Of a stretch of 64,000 bases of DNA, positions 53,290 to 64,000 are shown one piece after another. The notes beneath the pieces were generated by a model. The model searched no databases and was not told where the DNA came from. It saw nothing but the letters and a program-made list of their open reading frames with translations. Position 1 is the first letter of the stretch. Each line of letters opens with the position of its first letter. The position numbers and the translations under genes were made by a program. The stretch is from Octopus sinensis. Lineage: Eukaryota. The stretch is taken from contig NC_043003.1 of assembly GCF_006345805.1 (NCBI RefSeq), positions 5,580,001 to 5,644,000 on the forward strand, given 5' to 3'.

Positions 53290-53670
53290 TCCATTATTAT
53301 TATTATCATATGATGGAAACTCACAGCTTATGTTGCTGGGTATGATGGAAAGTGTCGGCTGTCCGCAGCCAGGAGACTAAGGTGAGACATGTTTACTGGT
53401 CATGCTTAAAGAACCCGGCGAAGAATTCTTGCAGTTCCAAGCAATGCTGATTTTAGTAGGTTTTCTACCTCCACACTTGCACCAATATTTTTCAACCATG
53501 TTGGTAGTTAAGTGCCGATACTTCCAAGTGAACCAATTACTATTGCTACCACGTCTACTCTCCTCATTGACCACAAACTTCGTATTTCCCCACTTCAAAT
53601 CCTCTTGGTTATTTTATATTCTTTCACATTGATCTTGTTGTCACCGGGACAAGCTATGTCGATTATCATT
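53290..53670 (-). mobile_element. R4/Dong-type non-LTR 3' end (REL endonuclease, 3' UTR, (TAA)n tail)
   Basis: IIDIACPGDNKI...EIRSLW...VVAIVIGSLGSI...ALLGTARILRRVL*. Confidence 0.8.
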
Positions 53671-54129
53671 TATGTTCTTTCATCTCTTTCTTCTTGTAGT
53701 TCTTCTTCTTCTTATTATTATTATTATCATTATTATTATCATTATTATTCAAATCGATTGTCATAGACTCTACGAAATATGTTTCACTAAAAAACAGTTT
53801 TCTGTCATGAGAGTCATGTGAAAAATAGAGAATAGTTTGATGAAATAAAACATGTTTTGTGTCTAGAATATATTTCGTTTAAATGAATTTTTAATTCATC
53901 TCTCGTCACCGCCATATTCTCCCCGATGAAACTAGTTGAGATGAAACCACTCCTCTCCGCTACAAGATATAGGAATATTTTTGTTATAAATAATATATGA
54001 ATGCATACGGATAGTTTTATTACATACAAAATAACATTCTTCAATCCATTGGATTGCAATATTCCTTGCTATGAAAAAAAAGGTGTAGACACAAACATGC
54101 GTACTCATAGACATGTGCATGTATATATG

Positions 54130-54172
<43 letters not shown>

Positions 54173-55256
54173 ATTTTCATCTATAATCACACACACGCAC
54201 GCACGCACACACACACACACACACACATATATATTGGGTTATTTTCTGTGAAGTTAAATATAAAAACAAATTTAACATTAAACAGAAGAGAAGAGTTACT
54301 CAATACCTTTTAAGTAGAGTACATATTTATTAACTTTGAAGTCACTACCAACATTTTACTTGTAAAATTTAATAAATATGTACATCGATACATATATTTT
54401 ATGAATGCCTTTAGCGATACGGTACAATATTCAGCTGTTAGAAGTCCATATAGATATACTCCAGAATATTAATACGCGCCAGCAATGTGGATATTTGAAC
54501 AGTGGAACGTTTTCCGATCCGTAATCTTATATGAAGCTGTATGCTAACACGGTGTGTAATATCATCTCTTACATGAATGGCAATAAGAAGTTATGTAATC
54601 ATTTACAGCAGTAAAATGTGTCGCCAGTACTTAAATATAGTAGCATGGATAATTGCAGCAGAAACAGCTTCAAGCTAATGAAATGGTTTACGTGTTAAAT
54701 AATTCGTAAGGGAAGAAACAGAAGATCCAAGTTTGGGAAGGAAGTGCAAAACTCTCACTTGCTGCATCACACGCTCACAACTCAATGAGGATTATACCGG
54801 CCATTCTGGATCCCAATTAATACATCGCTTTAGAGCATAAAAACACCAAATTAAAGATCCATGATTTAGAAAAAGCTACATATACTGTGAAAAAAGAACA
54901 TTCGTACAAATGAGCAATTCAAACTATTTCCTATTTTCAAAATGAATGAAAAAGTGATCAACTACGAAAGGGAAAAGATAAATACAAATTAAGAATTGTA
55001 AATTTGAAAGTGAAGCGAGAATGGTCAACATTGTAAACACAACTTCCTCTATACGGACTTACCCATTACACGTGTGTCTGAAAAACTTAGCGAAAGCGCT
55101 TAAAGTATACTTCCTTCCGAAAGGCTTAAGCCATTATCTTTTCCTTAGGTTTTACATTTAGCTGATGGTCTTATTTTAAGAAAATCTTTCTTCAAATATA
55201 CCAGATTGAGTCAAAATTCTTTACGGATCTTCACTGATGAATTTTGACAAGTTGTA

Positions 55257-56514
55257 GTGGGTTGGCAACTAAGTTTCCGCCGTTTTTCTTTTAATTTTGG
55301 AATTCATTGCGTTTCAAAATTTTGAAATCTATTTTTTTCGAGAATTCTATTTTTGAATCATTTTGGAATCGATTTTGTTAGTTTTTTTTCTAGTTAATTT
55401 TAGTTAATTTTTGTTTATTTTCAGGTCATTAAAATGGAAAGTCAAGTTAAGAAAAACGAGCATTTTCAACACCTCCTTTTTGCTTTTAATCAAGGTTCTA
55501 AGGCCGCAAAATGCTGTGACTGGTGAGGGTGCTATAGCTGAAAGAACCACTCGTGATTGGTGTGCCAAGTTCAAAAATGGAAATTTTGACCTCAAAGACG
55601 CACCTCGTTCTGGCCGTCCAGTTAAGTTCGATGAAGAACTATTAAACCAACTTTTGCACGAAAATTCTCGTGAAACGACAAGGGAACTGGCAGAGAAAAT
55701 GGAATGCTCCCACGCTGCTATAGAGAAGCAACTTCACTCGATGGGAAAGGTTCAGAAGTATTGAGCATGGGTTCCACATGCTTGAAGTGACCACAACAAA
55801 AATCAATGAGCCACAATCTCCGCTGGTTTGCTTGCTCATCACCGCTTAACTCATGGACACAAGCAACGATTTCTTTACCGAATCGTTACTGGCAACAAAA
55901 AATGGTGCCTTGTACATCGAAATGAAACAGCGTAAGGAATGGCTTAGCCCCGGTAAACAAGCGACATTGCGCATGAAACAAGATCTTCTTCCGCGTAAAA
56001 CGATGTTGTGCGTATGGCGGGAATGAGAAGGGATTATCCATTATGAATTGCTTGAACGGAACCAAACGGTCAACGTGGAACTCTCTGTTCAACACAGCTA
56101 TTCAATAGAAAAGACCTAATCGTCAGCATAGAGTTCTGCTGCACGACAACGCCCGCCCTCATATCGCCAATATGACCAAGGAAGCGATTCAAATGCATGG
56201 CTGGGAAGTGCTGCCACACTTGACGTACTCTCCTGATTTGGCACCAACGGATATCCACCTCATTCGATTTCTTTCAAACGCTATGTGCGGAGTTTCGTTC
56301 AATACTGACGCAGAATTAAGAGCTTGGTTGGATCAATTTTTCGAGTCGAAATCGAGTGATTTCTACCAACGAGGTATTGAAAATCTGGTTGAACGTTGAG
56401 AAGTTGTAAACAACAAGGCTGATTACATTATGGATTAATTTGTTGTCATTTTTTATTAAACCTTTTTAAAAATTAAAATTTTTTTAAATCGGCGGAAACT
56501 TAGTTGCAACCCAA
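55257..56514 (+). mobile_element. Mariner transposon (inner), ~1.26 kb, TA TSD
   Basis: TIRs gtgggttggcaactaagtttccgccg / cggcggaaacttagttgcaacccaa, TA-flanked. The TIR resembles mellifera-type mariners (from memory). Confidence 0.9.
55434..56438 (+). pseudogene. Mariner DD34D transposase pseudogene
   Basis: MESQVKK..., DAPRSGRP, WVPH, VTG.KKW, HDNARPH, YSPDLAPTD, FYQRGIENLVER; multiple stops and frameshifts. Confidence 0.9.
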
Positions 56515-57829
56515 TATGTTCATGTAATATCAACATCGATCCTTATTTTGATATCTTACATAGAAACATTAACTGTTTATTTTTTTTATTTTACAGCTTT
56601 GAAAACAAAAATGGTGAAAATTACAATTACGGCCATTTTAGTCTACCTGTGAGCGACAAAAGAAGTTAATGACATAGAAGGCCCAGAAACTGTCAAGGAA
56701 GATGCGGCAGAAAAATTGGTTCAGACGTTTCAAATAAAGCGACAAAAATTTCGAAGACACATCAAGATCAAGGAGATCTGTTATAGAAGATGCGAGCTTG
56801 TTTGAAATGGTTGACCACCAGCCAAGCACAAACCTTCGTATATTGTCGGCAGAACATGGTCCTTCCTATAGTACAATCAAATTGACACCCCAATCAGTTC
56901 GGCCTTGTGAACATACGTTATCAAGAAGATCCTCGTGAGCTGACCAATGGCGAGCCTGCAGGACGAGTGAACATTTGAAATCAACTGCTGCGAAGTCCTG
57001 AAGATGCCCGTTTTAGGCGTCAGATCGTAGTAACTAGAGTTGAAAATGTGTGTATTTTCGTAACCTTAATAAGAAAAAAAGGTGGCTTTGTTCCGGCCAG
57101 GTTTCAGAACCTGTTGTCAAAATAAGGGCGGTTTGAACAGAAAATCATGCTGCGTGTTTGATGGAATTTAGAGATGGCGATGCCCTTTAAGTATTTCCCA
57201 GATGGTCATGCTGTTAACGCTAACCTGCAGTGATGGCCATGTTGTCAACTCTATCAATTGCAGCGAATAAACTATTTTAAAGCTCACAACCCTGCGTTGG
57301 TCAGTCGAAGATGCACACCCTAACTTCATGACAATGTCCCGTACATATTACCAATGAAATCAAGCGCAAACTTGAGGGGCTGGAAGCGCTGCCTTGCCCT
57401 ACTAAGAGTGCAGGCCTTGCACCATCAGATTACTACCTTTTCTGAGCCATGGCTCATTTCCTGGGACGGAGGTTGAAAATTGTGATTGAAGTTGCAAACG
57501 AGTGCAGGTAGTTTCGTGCCTCTAAACCAGCTGATGGTTATAAGCGTGGAATGGAGCTTCTGTCGCAGCGATAGCAACAGACAAAAGAATATGACACGTT
57601 ATATTGTGATGAATAAACGCTTTCAATATGGAATTTGTTTCAACTATAAACTAAAGCTTCAAATACGAATAAGGTTTCGACTCGACCTGATACATGTATG
57701 AACGTATATGTACATGCATGCATACACACACAGACAGACACAGAAATATAGTTAGAGAAAGTGAGAGAGAGAAAGAGAAACATACAAACGCACACACACA
57801 CACATACATATATATCTTTTTCTTTCAGT

Positions 57830-58216
57830 GTTTTTAGTCATTAGACTACGGCCATGCTGGGGCACCGCCATCCAGGATTTTTATCTCATAAGAGTACTTA
57901 TCTTACGAGAGCCCGGAACTTTTTCAATCAGCTTCTTCGCCAGTCCGCGAAGTTACGTGGACGTAAACATACCAGCACCGTTTTTCAAGCGGTGGTGGGA
58001 AGCAAACAGAGACACAAAGCCACACACACACACACATACACATATACATAAACATATATACGACGGGCTTGTTTTAGTTTCCGTCTACCAAACCAAATCA
58101 AAAAGTTTGGGTCAGCTTCAGTTTATAGTAGAAGACACTCACCCGAAGTGCCACGCAGTGGGACTGAACCTGCAACGATGTTTATGGGAAGCAAGCTTCT
58201 ACCACACAACCACGCC

Positions 58217-58220
<4 letters not shown>
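57830..58220 (-). mobile_element. SINE family B, full length
   Basis: cggccatgctggggcaccgcc..., internal (CA)n(TA)n, acgacgggcttg...gtgccacgcagtgggactgaacc...taccacacaacc. Confidence 0.8.
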
Positions 58221-58304
<84 letters not shown>

Positions 58305-58820
58305 GTATGTATACAACATATCCACATTTTTCTATCTCTCTCTTTCACTCTTTCTCTCGCTCACTCTTTCCCCTGCTCTTTCTCTCTCCCCTAAATGAGT
58401 CTCTGCGTGATTTTTTTGTTTGATATGTTACTCATGCCGATGATCTTTTGTGATATAACAATCGAAGAATTTGCGGTCTTTTACCATTCTTCAAAGATTT
58501 CTCAAAATAAAATAAACTGACATTAGAGTCCGCTGAATAAAGGTCACAGCATATAAACTTACCTGCGCACATCGATCTGGAATTATACACTTCACCATAT
58601 AAAATATGCACCTACATTCATATACATATGTGTGTGTGTGTGTATACATATATATATATATACGTATGTATATATGTACATATATATATATGTGAGTGTG
58701 TTTGTGTATGCATGTATATATATATATATGTATGTATATATGTATGTATATATATATACATATATATGTATATATATATGTATATATATATACATACATA
58801 TATATATATGTGTATATATG

Positions 58821-58875
<55 letters not shown>

Positions 58876-59218
58876 ATATATGAATGTATATACATATGCA
58901 TGAGTATATGAATGCTTGTGTGTGTGTTAATGGAGAGGTGGGGAGAGATACTACTTATGAGTGTGAAAATTCAATTCTCGGTCCATTTTGAAAAAATATG
59001 TAGGCGTAAGCATACGTATATACAGACACGCGGACGCACGTACACACACCCACACACACATACGTATTAACCATGAACATGTTGAACTTTTCCTTATATA
59101 CATGTTCTATATATATATATATAATATATATATATATATATAACTGTAGACATACCTAACTGCACATTAATATATTTTTATAGTATTATTCGTCAAAATT
59201 ATGCATGTGTTTTTCATA

Positions 59219-59266
<48 letters not shown>

Positions 59267-60146
59267 ATGCATGTGTATACAATTATATATTTATATGTAT
59301 GTAAGTATATGTATGCATATATCTCTATTTGTCAGTTTGTGTATATATCTATGAATGAGTGGATATGACGTGTGTGTGTGCGTGTCTCCCCCTCTCTCCC
59401 ACCTCTCTCTCTATATATATATAGATATATATATATATATACTTATATATATATGATTTGTGTTAATAGAGTTACTGGTTTATGTTATGTCTGAAATTAA
59501 TACAGTAAAACTATAGGGATTAGGTAAAGCGATATAAAATCTAGCGATGCTCTGGATCGTTGTGTTGCGGCTTAAGCGAGGTTTTCCTCCCCCATATTTC
59601 ATTGCTATTACGAAATACGTTTGACCATAAAGTGGTCTGTAAACAGTGGAATTAGCAGGCAATAACTGAAGCCCGGTGTGTGCTGAGGGCAATGCTATCT
59701 TGTCGAAGTGTTCTATGCTTATTCAAGTGGATTTATCTGGTTTGCCAAGACGTCAATAAAAGATTATATCTCTCAGGCCTTCAGTCATTTCTAGTTATCA
59801 CTTGTGTGGAAGAGCCAAAAACTGGAATACGAACAAAAAATAAAAAATCCTGCAACACACTAAGTTATATCAGACACGCATGCACATATACATGAATGCC
59901 GTGAGAGGATCGTGGTGGATGTGTACGGTGAAATCTATGTATAGAAGCATACATGTATGCATATATATACAAATATATCTCTCTATAGGTATGTAGAATC
60001 AAACAAACACACACACACTCGTACACACATATATATATATACATGTTATATATATTCATATAGACACGTCTAAAAACATTCGCTTAAAATATACATATAT
60101 ATTTTGTATTCGATATATATATATATATGTATATATATATGTATGT

Positions 60147-60178
<32 letters not shown>

Positions 60179-60290
60179 GTATATATGTATGTATATATAT
60201 GTATGTGTATATATGTATGTATATATATGTATGTGAATATATTATATAATATACATATATATATAGGTATGTGTATGTATATAATATATG

Positions 60291-60328
<38 letters not shown>

Positions 60329-60599
60329 TATGTGTATGTATATATATATATATGTGTGTGTGTTTGGGAGGTGCGTGTGGCTGTGAGAAGGGATGTGTGT
60401 ATTTTTTTCCTTGTTAGAGCAAACAATATCCACCAAGTAAACAAGCGAACTTAATACTCATGCCGATGTAAGAATATAAAGTGTACAGAGTTGTATTATA
60501 ACTCAATCGTAATCTTAAAACAAGAAGTGTCACCGCAGCAGCAGTCTATCTTTTTCGGCATATGTCTGTATGAATATATATATATATACATACAGAGAA

Positions 60600-60830
60600 T
60601 TCACAAAAAAAGAAAAAGAAAACACTATAGACGAAGACAGGTAGTGTAGACAACAAACAAATGTATTAGTTTAACGCTCGGGAAGTGAAAAAGTATTTTA
60701 TGTTTCGAGCCTACACTCTTCCACTGAAAGGAACACAGAAAGAAACAAGGAGAGAAAATAAAGAATGTGTAGTGGCTAGCAATCTATCATGGCGAATGCC
60801 GGACAGAGCGGTCACACACACAGGAGAGAT
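60600..60830 (-). mobile_element. Hammerhead-bearing element H1 (copy d, most diverged, extended)
   Basis: Minus strand CTTT-CAGTGGA-A-GAGT-GTAG-GCTC-GAAA-CAT-A-AAATA at about 60693-60730. Confidence 0.65.
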
Positions 60831-61202
60831 AGGGAGAAGAGGAGATAATAAAGTAGTGGTGATCCCAAAACGAAGGTGTGCGTGCGTATGGATAAGAGAG
60901 CATGTATGTGCGTGTGGAAGAGGGCTGGTGACCTTGACGTGTGCGTGTGTGTATGTGTGTGATTGTGGGGCTAGATATTGCTAGTGGGGGTCAGTGCTAG
61001 TGTGTGCGTGGTGGGATGATATGATATGGTGCTGTGTGGTATGGTGGTGTATTTGGGGGAGGCGAGAGTGGGGAAAGCAGGCGTGGAGTGTGGGTTAGGT
61101 TGGGGGTGGGGTAGAGGCGGGTTAGGCTGAGAGTGGGGGTAGAGGTGTACATATATACATATATATGAAAATTTCTACAATACACTCCCCCCCCCACACA
61201 CA

Positions 61203-61229
<27 letters not shown>

Positions 61230-61235
<6 letters not shown>

Positions 61236-61390
61236 CAGGAGTAAATGTAAGGAGAAGAATATTTTTTTGTATATCGACTGCCTAAATTGCTTATCCTTAT
61301 ATTTACTTCTCTACCTGCACAAGTTTAAATCTCTTGAGCACTACAAAGTCTGTTTTATACAGTGGCTGCATCTAATCTCTCTCTCTCTCT

Positions 61391-61439
<49 letters not shown>

Positions 61440-61603
61440 CAGGAGTAAATGTAAGGAGAAGAATATTTTTTTGTATATCGACTTGCCTAAATTGCTTATC
61501 CTTATATTTACTTCTCTACCTGCACAAGTTTAAATCTCTTGAGCACTACAAAGTCTGTTTTATACAGTGGCTGCATCTAATCTCTCTCTCTCTCTCTCTC
61601 TCT

Positions 61604-61605
<2 letters not shown>
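61230..61605. repeat. Tandem duplication, ~204-bp period, bounded by (TA)n
   Basis: catgtacaggagtaaatg... at 61230 and 61434; near-identical, with a one-base indel in gact(t)gcc. Confidence 0.9.
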
Positions 61606-61652
<47 letters not shown>

Positions 61653-62330
61653 TACACACATACGTACTTATATACATACACAAACACACACACATATATA
61701 TACATAATGTGCTTACATATATACATACAAAATCACACACATACGTGCTACATATATGCATACATAATGATACGCGTGCCTATAGAATACTCAGTAATTT
61801 TCCCGTTAATTTCACTAGTAGGTTCTCTGGTCGGATCAACTGGAACAGCCGTCGTCGTAAACGACGGAGTACCATTGTTATGGTAGAGCTGGAGGAGCAT
61901 GTAAGTGGCAGTGGCTGCCTCTGATGCTCATGTGACTGCCATCCCCGTCACCACTGTAATTGCTGTCGCCGTTGTTGTTGGTGGTAGTGGTGGATGTGTT
62001 GTTGGTGTCGTTTCTGCTGTTACTGCCAACGCTTCCGTTGTGACCTCCAGGTCCGGTCACCACTTCAGCCTTAAAGTTCAGTCTTCTCCCCACTGGGCAT
62101 TCATTGTGAACCCTACATGAGCAGCATGCCTCTGCTTGTGGTTTAGGCGTGCAACAGCAGCAATACAACAGCTACAACACAAGAAGCTGCACCAACAGTG
62201 CATCCGACAGTGGCAGATGTAGCAGCAACAACTGCGACACCAAGATCACATCCAACAATAGGTGCAGCAACGGCAGCGATGCCTGCAACAACAGAGTCGA
62301 CACCAGCATCGGGCCCAGCGGCAACAGCAA

Positions 62331-62684
62331 AGTGGAGGCACAATGGCCCAGTGGTTAGGGCAGCGGACTCGCGGTTTCGATTCCCAGACCGGGCGTTGTG
62401 TGTGTTTATTGAGCGAAAACACCTTAAGCTCCACGATGCTCCGGCAGGGGGTGGTGGTGACCCCTGTTGTACTCTTTCGCTCCAACTTTCTCTCACTCTT
62501 TCTTCCTGTTTCTTGTCCCCGACGTCGTACGCAACCGCTGAGCCTGGATGCGCATCCATCCATCCGTCGATGCTCTCGGTGTCGGGGGTTGACCTGCTTT
62601 CTCTTCTGCGGGTCTTACGAATAGCAAAGGACCACGTTTCGGACTTCTCCCATCTTGCGAGCTCTGGGGCGAAGACCGTTCGCT
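62331..62684 (+). mobile_element. SINE family C, tail type 1, with 9-bp TSD
   Basis: caacagcaa at 62322-62330 and 62685-62693; matches 19261-19629. Confidence 0.85.
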
Positions 62685-62724
62685 CAACAGCAACAGCGTT
62701 CACGATAGCAACAACAATAACAAC

Positions 62725-63100
62725 AGCTATAACACCACTAGAACAAGAGCACAGACAAAAAATATATTTCCACAGGTGGTCTGTTCAACAGCGTCTGAGT
62801 AACCACAGACCGTGTTTTAAGATACCAGAGAGGCGGAACATCACATACATGATAAGCTATGTATGGCGTTTAAAAGAGGAAAATGCGTCATGCATAATCC
62901 AATGGACCCTCCTAGAACAACCGGGACCATATCTCGACAGGAGAAAATTATGTAAACTTTACTTGGCCGAACGGGTAAGGATCCTGAAAAACTCACTTGA
63001 TCCGCGTGTCTTTTTAAACTCAAACCATGAAGTGCTTAGTGAATGTCCTCATCAGAAGGGCTCCCTTTTGCAAACTTGGAATTCTCTATTTACAGACTAG
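62725..63100 (+). mobile_element. Penelope-like element 3' fragment (GIY-YIG endonuclease C-terminal half)
   Basis: KKYI..T..., QRLSNH...RN.T..SYVWRLKE...IQWTLLE..PY....CKLYLAERVRIL...LNSNHEVLSECPH, matching PLE ends of the type W.IL....Y....C.LC..EK..I....LN.R.E....C.H. Confidence 0.75.
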
Positions 63101-64000
63101 GAAATTGTTACCAATTTCGAAAGACACGGCTGAAACTGCTGTAAGGGATATAAATCCACCTCCCATAAGTCGGAACTAGTAGAATCTTCACCAATAAGTC
63201 TGCACCAAAAGTTTCGTCCCAGGAACTTTTGCTTATAAATTTAACTGACCATGACATTTTCCCCTCCCTCTAGTTGTAGAGAAGTTATGTGTCTCCGGCC
63301 ATTTGAGCCTGACGGGTCCTCTATACAGCAAAACGCTGTATATGTGCGAAATTAATGATTATTCTCTGACCGACCATAAGAAACAATCTTCTACATATAA
63401 ATATGTGCATGTGTTTATGAGTATATGTGTATATGCATATATGTCTCTGTGTGTGCATATATATGCATACACACACGCATACACATATATATATATGTAT
63501 GTATATGTGTGCCTTTGTGTGTGTGTGTGATTGTGTACTAAAATGAGTTTTCAATTTGCAATTACTTTCAAATACATTTTTAAAGGAGTTATTTGATATT
63601 TTTCACAAGTCTAAAACTTGATCAATAAATTTGTTATATTAAAATGTACTTTAAAAAAAAGCGATCAATTGGTAAATATTGGAATTTTATGTTTTGGTTT
63701 AGATCGAGAATGATTTCATATTGTAATGCTGGAACATAATCTTGAGTTTTCGGGAAATGGATTTTGTATGTGCATAATTTTTAAACATGGAAAACAAGCT
63801 ACAGAAAAATCTGCTCTAAACGATATATACTATACATTATATTATGTATCAAGCGTAAATGTACAATGTGAGGAGAGCGCCAGTCAGTGGGCAGGCCACT
63901 TTGTTTGAACGCTTGACACATGTCTAGCCAAAAGACTGTTTTGCAGTCAATTGGCAGAATGCAAGCGCTGACAGGTTGCAAAAAAAAGTACTTCAAAGAT

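Larger units (their letters stand above)
55201..57690 (+). mobile_element. Older mariner element (outer), interrupted by a nested mariner
   Basis: Left TIR ccagattgagtcaaaattc at 55201 and right TIR cgaataaggtttcgactcgacctga ending at 57690, with TA on both sides. Decayed transposase at about 56620-57620 (WFRRFK, LHDN, LAPSDYYLF). About 1230 bp once the insert is removed. Confidence 0.75.

Noticed and set aside
59480-59722. Minus frame with AMKYGGGKPRLSRNTTI resembling a cadherin A.DGG.P.LS strand
   Set aside because: It lacks the Asp and all Ca-binding motifs (DRE, DxND, DxD), with no neighbouring cadherin repeats.

Overview
AT-rich, microsatellite-saturated eukaryotic DNA, intronic or intergenic. 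Its repeat content looks like an octopus/cephalopod genome (my recognition, not a database result). There is no intact multi-hundred-residue host gene. Almost all listed ORFs are read-throughs of (TA)n/(CA)n/trinucleotide repeats or of transposon debris. Supported content: (1) at least four tRNA-headed SINE families, several with clear TSDs, one having a shared head with three alternative 3' tails; (2) decayed R4/Dong-type non-LTR fragments; (3) three Penelope-like element (PLE) fragments covering RT and GIY-YIG regions; (4) a mariner nested inside an older mariner, a Tc1 remnant and two related TIR MITEs; (5) two near-identical tandem duplications bounded by microsatellites; (6) a few isolated candidate exons with no recognisable homology. 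The most interesting signal is four distinct families (nine copies) of short non-coding elements, mostly embedded in (TA)n/(CA)n tracts, each carrying a minimal type I hammerhead-ribozyme-like motif: CTGANGA core, stem II, GAAA, palindromic stem III, GUH site and stem I. These look like non-autonomous PLE-dependent, retrozyme-like elements. One family has an inverted arm able to sequester the ribozyme, and two share a downstream motif complementary to the catalytic strand. Catalytic activity is not demonstrated, and most copies carry core substitutions. Repeat boundaries are approximate unless a TSD or TIR is quoted.
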